The notes beneath the pieces were generated by a model. It was not told where the DNA came from, searched no databases, and worked only from the letters and a program-made list of their open reading frames with translations. A DNA stretch of 64,000 nucleotides from Chloroflexota bacterium (GTDB taxonomy: Bacteria > Chloroflexota > UBA11872 > VXOZ01): NCBI GenBank assembly GCA_965261635.1, contig OZ253463.1, forward strand, positions 555,879 to 619,878, in the 5' to 3' direction. Shown in pieces: positions 46,302-56,825 of this stretch; the stretch's first letter is position 1, and every line of letters starts with the position of its first letter. The position numbers were made by a program, and so were the translations under genes.

Positions 46302-47366
46302 ATGAGCAGCGAATTGCGTGCGGGCGTATTTGGAGTGCGGCGCGGGCGGAGCTTTGTGCGCGTCATGCAGGCCATGGATGGCGTGAGCGTGGTAGCGGTG
46401 GCGGACATGAACGCCGAACGGCGGCAAACGGTCTGTGCTGATCACAACGTGCCCAAGGGCTTTGCGTCGCTGGAGGAGATGCTCGAAGAGGACTTGGACC
46501 TCGTGGTGGTGGCGACGCCGGTGCCCCAGCACGCGGAGCACTCTATACAGGTGCTCGAGGCGGGGGTGAACGTAATCTCCGAGATTCCCAATCTCGCCAC
46601 GCGGGAAGAGGCCGATCAGCTCGTGGCAGCGGCAGAAAAGAGCGATGCCCTCTACATGTGCGGTGAAAACTGCAGCTACTGGGCGTATGTGCACTCCCTA
46701 AAGCACCTCAACCAGCGGGGTGACTTTGGCGAAATCTTTGCCGCGGAAGCCGAGTATATTCACAACATTCCCAAGCTGCGGCGCGACGAGCACGGCAACC
46801 GCATGTGGCGGTCGCCGATGCCCCCAATCACGTATCTCACGCATAGTCTGGGCCCGATCATGTGGGTCACCGGCCAGTATGCGGTTGAGGTGGTCTGTCT
46901 GGGTACAAAGGAGCACTACGAACCGGACCTCGACGACATCCAGGTGGCGATTTTTCGCATGACCGATGATAGTATCGTGCGCATCTCCTGCTCATTTGCC
47001 AACTCCCATTGGGGCAACCACCGGCAGGTCTTCATGGGTACCAAGGCCACGTTCGACTCCGGGTGGATCGGCAAAGACGAGCCGAAATTCCGGTATGCGG
47101 GAGGAGATTTCACCATTCCCGACAACCTGCCCTTGGGCACGAACTTCCCCAACGTGCCGGAAGCCGCCGCCCTGGGCGGTCATGGTACTGCCGAGTGGTT
47201 TATGCTAAAGGACTTCTTCCACGCCATCCGCAGCGGCGGGCCTGCGCCCATCGACGTCTACGAGGGCATCATGTACAGTCTTCCGGGCGTCTGCGCCGCA
47301 GAATCCGCCGCCAACGGCGGCAAGCCGGTGGCCATACCGCAATACCAATCGCAGCGAAAGGCTTAA
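46302..47366 (+). CDS. Gfo/Idh/MocA family oxidoreductase (copy 2, tandem paralogue)
   Basis: Collinear with 44786-45853 along the whole length. Confidence 0.8.
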   Translation: MSSELRAGVFGVRRGRSFVRVMQAMDGVSVVAVADMNAERRQTVCADHNVPKGFASLEEMLEEDLDLVVVATPVPQHAEHSIQVLEAGVNVISEIPNLATREEADQLVAAAEKSDALYMCGENCSYWAYVHSLKHLNQRGDFGEIFAAEAEYIHNIPKLRRDEHGNRMWRSPMPPITYLTHSLGPIMWVTGQYAVEVVCLGTKEHYEPDLDDIQVAIFRMTDDSIVRISCSFANSHWGNHRQVFMGTKATFDSGWIGKDEPKFRYAGGDFTIPDNLPLGTNFPNVPEAAALGGHGTAEWFMLKDFFHAIRSGGPAPIDVYEGIMYSLPGVCAAESAANGGKPVAIPQYQSQRKA

Positions 47367-47593
47367 CGCATCGGGGCCGACAACGGACTATAGGGCATAT
47401 AGACGCATGGAAGGCATGCTTGCTACACTTCCCCTTTGCTCCCTCACTATTCGGGAAACACTAGAGTAGATGTGGGTCCTGGGTGTCTTGAAACTGAATC
47501 TCTGTAAAGATTCGCGCCGTGCAATGCAAAACAGCACCGTTACGTAACAGTGCTGTGCGATTCCTAGTAAAGGGCGTACGAGTTGAGCGGCGC

Positions 47594-48463
47594 CTAGCCA
47601 AAGCGGCCGGTGATGTAGGCCTCGGTGCGCCCGTCCGTGGGGTTCGTGAAGAGGTCTGCGGTGGGGCCGAACTCGATGAGCTTCCCACGCGCCTCTTCGT
47701 CTGACAGCATGAAGGCCGTGTAGTCCGAGACGCGGGCGGCCTGCTGCATGTTGTGGGTCACGATGATAATGGTGAAGTCTTTGGCCAGCTCGCGCATGAG
47801 GTCTTCGATTTTCAGGGTGGCGATGGGGTCAAGCGCGGAGCATGGCTCGTCCATCAGCAGCACTTCCGGTGAGACCGCGATGGCACGGGCGATGCAGAGG
47901 CGCTGCTGCTGTCCGCCGGAAAGCGCGAGACCGCTCTGCTTGAGATCGTGCTTGACCTCGTCCCACAGGGCTGCGCCGCGCAGGGCTGCTTCCACTAGCT
48001 CTTCTTCATCCGCCTGATAGCCGTTAACGCGCGCGCCAAAGAGGATGTTGTCGCGAATAGAGCGCGGAAACGGGTTTGGCTTCTGAAAGACCATACCGAT
48101 GCGCCGCCGCACTTCGACGGGGTCCACCTTATCCGCGTAGATGTTGTCGCCTTCCAGCATCACGTTGCCTTCCGAGCGCACGCCGCCGATGAGTTCGTTC
48201 ATGCGGTTGACTGCGCGCAGCAACGTGCTCTTACCGCAGCCGGAGGGGCCGATGACGGCCGTTATCTTCTTGCGCGGAAACTTGATGGAGACATCGGTAA
48301 CCGCCCGGAAGTCTCCATACCACAGACTGAAGTTATTTACTTCTACTGCGGGATCGGCTATTTCCACGGGCGTGTCCTTCGGCTTCTCCACAGGCGCAAG
48401 CCGCTTCGTGACGGCCTCTGCTGTGCTTTCTTCCTTGGCTCTAATGAACGGCACTTTTATCAT
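47594..48463 (-). CDS. pstB: phosphate ABC transporter ATP-binding protein
   Basis: GPSGCGKST Walker [17 protein letters not shown] signature, PstB-specific N-terminal extension. Confidence 0.85.
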   Translation of the reverse strand: MIKVPFIRAKEESTAEAVTKRLAPVEKPKDTPVEIADPAVEVNNFSLWYGDFRAVTDVSIKFPRKKITAVIGPSGCGKSTLLRAVNRMNELIGGVRSEGNVMLEGDNIYADKVDPVEVRRRIGMVFQKPNPFPRSIRDNILFGARVNGYQADEEELVEAALRGAALWDEVKHDLKQSGLALSGGQQQRLCIARAIAVSPEVLLMDEPCSALDPIATLKIEDLMRELAKDFTIIIVTHNMQQAARVSDYTAFMLSDEEARGKLIEFGPTADLFTNPTDGRTEAYITGRFG

Positions 48464-48485
48464 ACAGTTCTTTCCTTTTCGCAGG

Positions 48486-49382
48486 CTAGTACCGCGTGCG
48501 TAGGCGTTGGCGGAGATAGATTGCTGCTGAATTTAGCACAATTAGGACTACGAGCAGGACTATGATAGCTGCTGCCGCGAGATCATGGAAATCCGACTGG
48601 GCACGTGAGACCCAGTTGAAAATCTGAATCGGCAGCACGGTAAAGCGGTCCAGCGGATGCTCAGGGAGAAACGGCACGAAGGTGAGAGCGCCGATGGTGA
48701 TGAGCGGCGCAGTTTCGCCAATTGCGCGCGCCGCGGCCAAAATGGCGCCGGTAAGCATGCCGGGCAGGGCGTACGGCAGCACGTGGTGGCGGACGGTTTC
48801 CCACTTGGAAGCGCCCAGGGCGAAAGAGGCCTCCCGCATACTCGGCGGCACTGCGCGAATGGCCTCACGGGAAGCCACGATGATGATGGGCAGGATGAGC
48901 AGCGCCATCGTGCACGAGCCGGCTAACACGCTGCGCCCCATGTCCATATAGCGCACGAACACCTGCAGGCCCAGCAATCCGTACACAATTGAGGGCACAC
49001 CGGCGAGGTTGGCAATGTTCACCTGGATGAACTGGGTGAACCAGTTGTCACCGGCATACTCTTCCAGGTAAACCGCCGACATGACGCCGGTGGGCACGGC
49101 AATCAGCATGGTAAAGGCCATCATGTAGAGCGTGCCGAATAACGCGGCTTTGATACCGGCCCGCTCTGGAAAACGGGAGTCGAAGCTAGTGAAAAACTGC
49201 CAGTCGATCCACCCGGCGCTCTGTCCGATAACGTCCACTAAGAGCACGACGAGCGTCAGAACACCGAGCAAGACGCTCAGCAGGCCAAGCGCCACGAAGA
49301 AGTGGGCCTTGAATCGGCGCCACTTCATGCTCGCGCCAAACACTGGCGCGCCGCGGGTTACCGCTCCGGTCTCTTCAGCCAT
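48486..49382 (-). CDS. pstA: phosphate ABC transporter permease PstA
   Basis: EAA-loop permease; order S-C-A-B. Confidence 0.8.
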   Translation of the reverse strand: MAEETGAVTRGAPVFGASMKWRRFKAHFFVALGLLSVLLGVLTLVVLLVDVIGQSAGWIDWQFFTSFDSRFPERAGIKAALFGTLYMMAFTMLIAVPTGVMSAVYLEEYAGDNWFTQFIQVNIANLAGVPSIVYGLLGLQVFVRYMDMGRSVLAGSCTMALLILPIIIVASREAIRAVPPSMREASFALGASKWETVRHHVLPYALPGMLTGAILAAARAIGETAPLITIGALTFVPFLPEHPLDRFTVLPIQIFNWVSRAQSDFHDLAAAAIIVLLVVLIVLNSAAIYLRQRLRTRY

Positions 49383-50341
49383 TAGTCGTACTCCTCGCGG
49401 AAGCGGCGGACAAACCAGTGGGCGAATATATTCATCGCGAAGGTCAAGAAGAAGAGCATGGTACCCACGGCAAAGATCGTGCGGTATTCAAGGGAAGCGA
49501 AGGGCGTGTCTCCAAGGCTTACCTGCACGATATAGGCCGTCATGGTCTCAATCGGTACGCGGGGGTCAAGCGTAAAAGTGGGGTTTTGGCCCGCCGCGAT
49601 CGAGACGATCATGGTCTCACCGACGGCGCGGGAAAGCGCCAGCACAGCCGAGGCTACGATCCCGGAGAGTGCCGCCGGAACCACGACTTGTGTCGCTACC
49701 TCGAAGCGGGTCGCGCCTAAGCCATACGCTCCCTCGCGCAATGTTTGGGGCACCGCGCCGATGGCATCTTCGCTCAGCGAGGCTACCATGGGTATGATCA
49801 TGATGCCCATCACCAGGCCTGCGCTCAATCCATTGAAGATGCGCAAGCCGGGAATAAGATCCTGCAGTATGGGCGTGACCAACGTAAGAGCAAAGTAGCC
49901 GTAGACTACGGTCGGGACGCCGGCAAGCACCTCGAGCACGGGCTTCACGACGTCGCGCACCCGAGGCTTGGCAAACTCGCTCAGGTAGATGGCAATCAAC
50001 AGCCCTGTGGGGATAGCCACCGCAAGGGCAATGAAGGCAACAAGGGCCGTAGCAGTTACCAGCGGCCAGATGCCAAACTTCTTAATTGAGAAGAGCGGGG
50101 TCCATTCGGTCTCGGTGAGAAACTCGAGGATTGATACTTCCCTGAAGAAGAGCAACGTTTCTCCCGTGAGGGAGAGGAGGATGCCGAGGGTGGTAACGAT
50201 GGAGAGCGTCGCCGTAGCCAGCAGCGCAATGCGTATGGCTTCCTCCTTGAGACGACGGCTCGTCCGACTTCTCATGTCATTGCGCGGCGGGTAGTGTGAG
50301 AACGGTGATGCGTCCTCTGCCATCAAACTTCCTCTCTGCAC
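49382..50341 (-). CDS. pstC: phosphate ABC transporter permease PstC
   Basis: Permease paralogue upstream of pstA, overlapping by 1 nt. Confidence 0.8.
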   Translation of the reverse strand: MQRGSLMAEDASPFSHYPPRNDMRSRTSRRLKEEAIRIALLATATLSIVTTLGILLSLTGETLLFFREVSILEFLTETEWTPLFSIKKFGIWPLVTATALVAFIALAVAIPTGLLIAIYLSEFAKPRVRDVVKPVLEVLAGVPTVVYGYFALTLVTPILQDLIPGLRIFNGLSAGLVMGIMIIPMVASLSEDAIGAVPQTLREGAYGLGATRFEVATQVVVPAALSGIVASAVLALSRAVGETMIVSIAAGQNPTFTLDPRVPIETMTAYIVQVSLGDTPFASLEYRTIFAVGTMLFFLTFAMNIFAHWFVRRFREEYD

Positions 50342-50545
50342 TGCTACTGCTTTGGCCCTGTAGCAGCGCTACGCGTCGATTATCTCTTCAGTCCCCCCTT
50401 GAGGGCCAACTCCCGTCTTGGGTACCTAGCTCTTCAAGAAATACTGCCCCGACACGCTCCGGCAAGGAGCGTGTCGGCAGCAGTTCTTCAACTATGCTGG
50501 CTACACAGCAAGGAGGTGCAATCTGTCTCAAGCCTTGGGCATCCT

Positions 50546-51571
50546 CTACTGCATGTAGCGATCGAGCGAGGCGCCGACCTCCGCGCCGTTGGGGAACAAC
50601 GTGCCCGTTACACGGTTGGCGAAGCGCTGCGTGAGCGCCTCGTAGATTTCGTCGCCGAGCTGGACGTAGCCAACTTCGGGGCTGGAAATCAGCGGGGTGA
50701 ACTCTTTGCTGAGGTAATACTTTACGAATGCGTCTACCTCAGGCCGCTCTGCCGCGCTCTTCCTTACGTAGATGAAGATTGGGCGGCTCAACGGCTGATA
50801 GCTGCCGTTGCGAACCGTGTCGAAGGTTGGCTCAACGCATGTGCCGTTGCCGGAGTCAATCGGCACGGCCTTCACCTTGTCGGTATTCTCCACATAGTAG
50901 GAGAGACCGAAGTAGCCAATGGCGCTCTTGCTACCGGAGACGCCGGTCACAAGCACGTTGTCATCCTCGCTGGCCTGGAAGTCGCCGCGACTGGACTGTG
51001 CCTCGCCGACAATGGCCTCGGTGAAGTAGTCGAATGTTCCGCTATCCACACCAGGGCCGAAGATATCCAACGGCATGTCCGGGAAACCAGCGCGAATTTG
51101 ATTCCAGTTCGTGATGGTGCGCTGTGCTGCCGGCTCCCACATCTTCTTAAGTTCGTCAATCGTCAAGCAGTCCACCCAATCATTCTCTGGATTCACGACC
51201 ACGGTCAGGCCGTCATAGGCAACCGGCAGCTCGATGAATTCTATACCGGCGCTTGCCAGGGCCTCAAGCTCGGAAGGCTTGATGGGCCGAGAGGCATCGG
51301 ATATATCGGTTTCACCGGCGGCAAATTTACTGAATCCACCGCCCGTGCCGGAGACTCCAACGCTCACGCGCACGCTGTTATGCATGATCATGAACTCTTC
51401 GGCAGCGGCCACGGTGATGGGAAAGACCGTGCTGGAGCCGTCGATGATGATGTTGCCCTTGAGGCCGGAATCGGACTCTTGCTTCCCGCAGGCGGCCAAA
51501 ATGGCAAAGCTCGCCAAGCTTGCTGAAGCAATGGTGAACCGTCGTCTGCTCAACCGTAGCGGTGCTGTCAT
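50546..51571 (-). CDS. pstS: phosphate-binding lipoprotein PstS
   Basis: Signal + ILAACGK lipobox; GSSTVFP and GSGTGGG phosphate-binding motifs. Confidence 0.85.
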   Translation of the reverse strand: MTAPLRLSRRRFTIASASLASFAILAACGKQESDSGLKGNIIIDGSSTVFPITVAAAEEFMIMHNSVRVSVGVSGTGGGFSKFAAGETDISDASRPIKPSELEALASAGIEFIELPVAYDGLTVVVNPENDWVDCLTIDELKKMWEPAAQRTITNWNQIRAGFPDMPLDIFGPGVDSGTFDYFTEAIVGEAQSSRGDFQASEDDNVLVTGVSGSKSAIGYFGLSYYVENTDKVKAVPIDSGNGTCVEPTFDTVRNGSYQPLSRPIFIYVRKSAAERPEVDAFVKYYLSKEFTPLISSPEVGYVQLGDEIYEALTQRFANRVTGTLFPNGAEVGASLDRYMQ

Positions 51572-52093
51572 TTATTACCTCCCTTTAGGTTTGGTACGAC
51601 AGCACTCTGTCCCTTCGCGCCCGGCGTGCCGGTTGTGGTGCACGCCCCCGTTTGTGTCATTGCCATGGGCCCCCGTTTAGCCAGCCCGTGCAGCCCTCTG
51701 CCAAGAAAGCCAGGCATGGAACAAAGTATTACTTACAACCGTGAGGAAAAGTATCATGGGCTCTTTAACGTGGTCAACGTGCTTGCGGCGCGTGTTAACA
51801 ATCAGATAAAGATGCGGAAATCGGCTCTATGACAGGGAAAGAGCCGATTTGGCAAACAAAGCTCACTCTCCTCTCAATCCCCTCGAACTGGCGCAGTATA
51901 AGGCAACATGCGGCTTATTGGGCGAGAGGCGCGAGACAGCGAGAGTTCATCTAATGTTCACATAGCGATTACATGGCGTTCATAGGCCGTGGCGAGATGG
52001 TGCGATGGGGGGCTGTGCAGAGAGCGCTGCTGTGCTTCTCTAAGCACAGCCGGAATGCAGCGAGGGAGACTAGTCTCCTCTTGAGGCGCAAAC

Positions 52094-52157
52094 TGTAGGG
52101 GCGGTTCGCGAACCGCCCCTACCCATTAGGACAGAACCGCCCCTACCCATTAGGGCA
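52094..52157. repeat. REP family b1 palindrome (52094-52121) plus a partial tandem second copy
   Basis: GTAGGGGCGGTTCGCGAACCGCCCCTAC followed by ccattaggacaGAACCGCCCCTACccattagggcag. Confidence 0.5.
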
Positions 52158-52328
52158 GTCTTTAGACATGCGCCAAACCCCCGGGAGGGGATATCGCGAG
52201 GCCTGATCGGGTCGCAGAATGCAAAAGCGTAAGGTCTATCGGACGGGTCACGGCACGAAGTTACCGGTAGAGGGAGATGTAATGCAGGAACGGGAGGTAG
52301 GCACGAGCAATGAGTTGATTCTGTTCGC

Positions 52329-53327
52329 TCAGGACGACACGAGGCCATCCACCAGCGCTACCACCGCTTTGCCCAGGCCTTCGAGATCGTAACCGCCTTC
52401 TTGTACCGCAAGTATCGGCACTGAGAGCGAGGCGAGCTGTTCGCCTACGGCCTGATAGCATTCGTCGGTGAGCGAGAAGGCGCCGACGGGGTCGCCGGCG
52501 CGGGTATCGAACCCACTTGAGAGGATCAGGTAAGCGGGGGCATACCAGGCGATCTTCTCCAGAGCCTGAGAGAATGCTTCCAGGTACGGTTCATTCGTGG
52601 TGAACATAGGCAGCGGCAGATTGAGGTTGAAATTCTCGCCTGCGCCGGAACCCGTCTCTTCCGGCCAGCCGCTGAAGCGCGGGTACGCCCAGGCGGGATG
52701 GCCGTGCAGGCTGACGTAGAGCACCTCGTCGGTGTCGTAGAAGATTTCCTGTGTGCCGTTGCCGTGGTGGAAGTCGATGTCGAGCACGGCAACACGACCG
52801 TGCGGTTTGAGCGTGTGGGCAGCCACTGCCGCGTGGTTGATATAGCAGTAACCCCCGTACTTGTAGCGCCCCGCGTGATGGCCGGGCGGGCGTTCCAGGG
52901 CGTAGACGCTTGGGATTCCGCTTAGCAGCATATCGGCCCCGGTCAGCACCACACACGACGCCAGCCACGCTTGCATCAGCGTATTTGCCGCCAACGGCGT
53001 ATCGGGGCTTATGGTGTACGGCGTTTCCAGCACCGAGCTTTCGTCAGACTTGGCAAGGCGGGTAGTGGTCTGCTCCAAGAACGCTATGAGGCTCTCATCG
53101 TGTACCTTGGCGGCGGAATCGAACGAATACTCAAGCGGTTCCACGAAGCTGTCGGCGTGTCCGGCCTGCCGCAGGGCTCTCGCCATCACTTCGACGCGTT
53201 CCGGCACCTCGGGATGATCGACCACGAAGTTTTGGGAGAGCTCGATGCGCGGCACGTGTGACTGATGACGCGGCGTGTAGATGATGGGCAGCGTGCGGCT
53301 ATGCGTGCGGGTCATAAGTGGGCGCAC
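52329..53327 (-). CDS. histone deacetylase-family (AcuC/AphA-like) zinc amidohydrolase
   Basis: ...RPPGHHAGRYKYGGYCYINHAAVAA..., VAVLDIDFHHGNGTQEIFY..., LYVSLHG. Confidence 0.75.
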   Translation of the reverse strand: MRPLMTRTHSRTLPIIYTPRHQSHVPRIELSQNFVVDHPEVPERVEVMARALRQAGHADSFVEPLEYSFDSAAKVHDESLIAFLEQTTTRLAKSDESSVLETPYTISPDTPLAANTLMQAWLASCVVLTGADMLLSGIPSVYALERPPGHHAGRYKYGGYCYINHAAVAAHTLKPHGRVAVLDIDFHHGNGTQEIFYDTDEVLYVSLHGHPAWAYPRFSGWPEETGSGAGENFNLNLPLPMFTTNEPYLEAFSQALEKIAWYAPAYLILSSGFDTRAGDPVGAFSLTDECYQAVGEQLASLSVPILAVQEGGYDLEGLGKAVVALVDGLVSS

Positions 53328-53339
53328 TCTCTGTGCGGG

Positions 53340-54629
53340 CTAGCTGGAACCGATGACGTAGGGTCGCAGCACCGGCCAATACTTACGCGGGAGGGTGCCT
53401 TCGATTTCGGTGCCGTCGGGATGGTGCTGCTCGCGGCGAATACTGCCTCGCTGATGGAAGAGACTCACCAAGCGTCCCTCATGGTAGGGAATGCGCACCT
53501 GAACGTCAAACGAGAGATGCGCGTCGAGCGTGCCGGCAACCGTTTCCAAGAGCGTGTCCAGTCCATCGCCTTCGCGAGCAGATATGAATACAGGATTGGG
53601 GTAGTCTCCCGGATTTGGCGCGAGACCCTCAAGTTGGTCGATCTTGTTGAGCACCGTGATGGTGGGCTTGTCCTCGATGCCGAGGTCTGCCAAGGTCTCA
53701 TTCACCACTGCTACCTGGCGTGCACATTGCGGATGGCTGACGTCAACCACGTGCAACAGAATGTCGGCGGCGAGAAGCTCCTCGAGCGTAGCGCGGAACG
53801 CCGCTATGAGCGCTGGCGGCAGATGGCGGATGAAACCCACGGTATCGCTAAGAACAACCTCCAGCCCGGTGGGCAGCTTCACGCGGCGTGTGGTGGGGTC
53901 CAGCGTGGCAAAGAGCTTATCCTCAGCTAGGACCTCAGCCTGCGTAACTGCGTTGAGCAGCGTGCTCTTACCGGAATTCGTGTAGCCCACGAGCGAAGCC
54001 ACCGGCACGTCATTACCCGTGCGCCGCGCCCGTTGGCGCGCGCGCCGGGCGCGTACTGTTTCGAGGCGTGCCTCCAAATGCGAGAGCCGCTGGCGGATGA
54101 GCCGCCGGTCCGACTCGATCTGCGTCTCGCCCGGGCCGCGGGTACCAATACCGGCGCCGAGACGTGAAAATTGTACCCAGAGCGTGGAGAGTCGAGGCAG
54201 CAGATACGTGAGTTGCGCCATCTCGACCTGTAACTTGCCCTCAGAAGTCCGTGCGCGCGTGGCGAAGATGTCGAGGATGAGCGCCGTGCGGTCGAGCACC
54301 TTGACGTCGAGTTGCTCTTCCAGGTTGCGCTGCTGGCTGGGCGTGAGATCGTTGTCGAAGATGACAAGGTCGTAGGTCTGCTCGTGCCGCAGCGCTTTTA
54401 TCTCCTCCACCTTGCCCTTGCCGATAAAGGTCGCTGTATCGGGCTTGTGCCGTTGCTGGTAAAGCGTGCCGACCACGATGGCGCCGGCAGTGCGCGCAAG
54501 GCTCGCCAGCTCTTGCAGCGACTCCTGCACCGGCCACTGATCGGGATCACCACCGAGCTTCACGCAGACCAATACGGCGCGCTCCGTCCCGCGCTTTGTA
54601 CCGATGCTGTGCTGTTTGAATTCAAGCAA
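53340..54629 (-). CDS. hflX: GTPase HflX
   Basis: N-terminal HflX domain, G1 GYTNSGKST, G3 DTVGF, and a C-terminal domain. Confidence 0.85.
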   Translation of the reverse strand: MLEFKQHSIGTKRGTERAVLVCVKLGGDPDQWPVQESLQELASLARTAGAIVVGTLYQQRHKPDTATFIGKGKVEEIKALRHEQTYDLVIFDNDLTPSQQRNLEEQLDVKVLDRTALILDIFATRARTSEGKLQVEMAQLTYLLPRLSTLWVQFSRLGAGIGTRGPGETQIESDRRLIRQRLSHLEARLETVRARRARQRARRTGNDVPVASLVGYTNSGKSTLLNAVTQAEVLAEDKLFATLDPTTRRVKLPTGLEVVLSDTVGFIRHLPPALIAAFRATLEELLAADILLHVVDVSHPQCARQVAVVNETLADLGIEDKPTITVLNKIDQLEGLAPNPGDYPNPVFISAREGDGLDTLLETVAGTLDAHLSFDVQVRIPYHEGRLVSLFHQRGSIRREQHHPDGTEIEGTLPRKYWPVLRPYVIGSS

Positions 54630-55112
54630 ATGCTATACCTCTGCATACGGGTACGTGCACACATTGTACCACAGGAATTGCGACCATTGAGCGGTTTATC
54701 CGCACAGGACCGCATGAAGTCATGGCTTGGGCAAAGGCAGTCCAACACGCTCACGTTTGCTCCGGCGCGGAATATCCCGCCTCGCGGTGGCACGGCATTG
54801 CCGTGGGCTAGCCCCCGCGTACTATATTTTAACCAGAGTCAACCAACAGTAGGAAATGTCCCATAAAGCGCGGAAACAGAGACTGAAGTAACCAATGTAG
54901 ACGATTGAAGGGAAAGAATACTCCCAAGGAAAATGCTAAGGCTGCCGCAAGGCAGCCTTGCGCCCTTTCGCCGAAGCATCCAGGGGGTGTATAAAACTAT
55001 GATAGTCGAATTTACTTGACGCAGTCAAGTAACAGTGCCTTAGTCACGCACAGTTCATGAGTGCTGGCCAAACAAAAATACAGGGACACTAGCTGATCCT
55101 GCCCTGCAGCCC

Positions 55113-55796
55113 CTAGGATTCGTCCGCCGCTTTCTCTTCGTCTTCCATGATGAAATTCACGCCTAAATCCATGAGCTCTTTGAACGCTTCCGCAAGTCTC
55201 AGCAGACTATTTCCCTTGGTGGTGAGTGTGTACTCATGACGCTGCCCGAGAAGGCCGAACAAGAGGGTCTTCAATTCGTCGCTTAGACAATCGTTATCGA
55301 CGAGTGACTGGACGGCCTTCACTTCCAGTTCGGGGGCAGGAGTTCGGGCAATGTCGCGGTCTGTCACGATAACCTTGAACTTGCTCAAGGCGTCAATGCC
55401 GCGGCGGTCGAGCAGTTCAACCACGGTCGGATCCAGAATGGCCGCTACCGTGTTGGCGAATTCCTCGCGTGTACGCTCAGCGTTGCGTCCCGCCTGATAG
55501 CGGAAGATATCGTGATAGCCGGGGAGCATGAGCGAAGGGGGTATATAGTCTGGAGTCACGTCGAACGTCGTACCGCGGGTGCGGCTTTCGTGTTTGGTTC
55601 CGAATCCTAGCTGCGTAAGCCGCCCCAAGCTCTCTTCTTGTATGCGCGTGGGGCTAAACTCCTGCCCTTTCATCGTGCGCCGCGCGGACTGATAGAGAAT
55701 TTCTATATGCTGGTCGCCCAGGTCGCGCGCGTACATTTCACGCACCTTCGTGATGAGTTCGTTTACCTGAATTTGCTTTTCCATGTTGATAGCCAT
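55113..55796 (-). CDS. hypothetical protein
   Basis: 227 aa, acidic C-terminus, no family recognised. Confidence 0.4.
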   Translation of the reverse strand: MAINMEKQIQVNELITKVREMYARDLGDQHIEILYQSARRTMKGQEFSPTRIQEESLGRLTQLGFGTKHESRTRGTTFDVTPDYIPPSLMLPGYHDIFRYQAGRNAERTREEFANTVAAILDPTVVELLDRRGIDALSKFKVIVTDRDIARTPAPELEVKAVQSLVDNDCLSDELKTLLFGLLGQRHEYTLTTKGNSLLRLAEAFKELMDLGVNFIMEDEEKAADES

Positions 55797-56114
55797 GAGC
55801 GCCCTCTCTTCCGTTCAGTCTTTCCACTAAGTACGTGTACTTGGGTTGTGTCCATAATACCGGTAGATCGGCTATTCTGCACACACGCTACCATGCGTAT
55901 CGGCGAGCGTCAAGCAGTGCGAAAGCATTCGTCTGCTTGAAACGGATTAAGAAAGGGTTGGCACAGGAGAGACTCTTTGGTAGGATTATTAGGCTCGGAT
56001 TGCATGTTTGAGCCATGAGACAAAGAACGCATAACTGAAGGCCTACGTGCCAGTGCCCAATGACGCCTGCTGGCAAGCTAAGTCCAGCACGAATCGTAGC
56101 AGAGGGTAGCACTG

Positions 56115-56819
56115 GTGATACGGTTGAATCGGCGTCAGTTGTTAAAGTACATGGGGCTATTCGTGCCGGTTCCTAAGCTGATGCCAACCGCACTATCGCT
56201 CTCTGCCGAGCAGCAGGAACCGATCTATCAACTCCCCTTCAATACGCCGCCAGGTACCAGCACCTGGTACGTGGAGCAGTGGTACGGCAATACGAGTATT
56301 GCTTACTATTTGCGCAACACGATCTATCGGGAAGGGCAGGGGATGCATTTCGGCATCGACTTTGCCTGCCCCTGCGAGACCGGGGTGAGGGCAATCGGAG
56401 ACGGTGTGGTAGTAGGTGCAGACGACTTATCCTTTGGCGCAGGACCTCACAACGCCATTGTGCGTCACTCAAACGGCGATCTCTCTCTTTACGGACATCT
56501 GCATCGGTTTCCGGCGGTGCAGTGGGGAAGTTCCGTAAAGGCGGGCGCGATTATCGGGTATTCCGGCGACTGGCTGGATAACGTGGGCTGCGCGTCATCG
56601 CCTCACCTCCACCTTGAGATTCGGCGACCGGACCGCAGATTTGCAGTAAACCCGGTGCACTTAATTGAGGCCGACTGGCATAATGCGGCGCTTGGACGTT
56701 TCGCCGGCTTTACCAAAGACCTTGAGGACCCGCGTCGTTGGCAGACAATTGGCGATCAGCCGGAAGTAACTTTCGGGGGGCGTATTCTCAATGAATTCGC
56801 CAACCTTTGGATGCGTTGA
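56115..56819 (+). CDS. M23 family metallopeptidase
   Basis: HFGIDFA...(HxxxD), YGHLHRF, SSPHLHLEIR (HxH). Confidence 0.8.
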   Translation: MIRLNRRQLLKYMGLFVPVPKLMPTALSLSAEQQEPIYQLPFNTPPGTSTWYVEQWYGNTSIAYYLRNTIYREGQGMHFGIDFACPCETGVRAIGDGVVVGADDLSFGAGPHNAIVRHSNGDLSLYGHLHRFPAVQWGSSVKAGAIIGYSGDWLDNVGCASSPHLHLEIRRPDRRFAVNPVHLIEADWHNAALGRFAGFTKDLEDPRRWQTIGDQPEVTFGGRILNEFANLWMR

Positions 56820-56825
56820 GGCACT

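Noticed and set aside
45756-46694. 312-aa minus-strand ORF spanning the duplication junction
   Set aside because: Antisense to oxidoreductase copies and REP elements; no motifs.
50399-51526. 375-aa + strand ORF
   Set aside because: Antisense to pstS.
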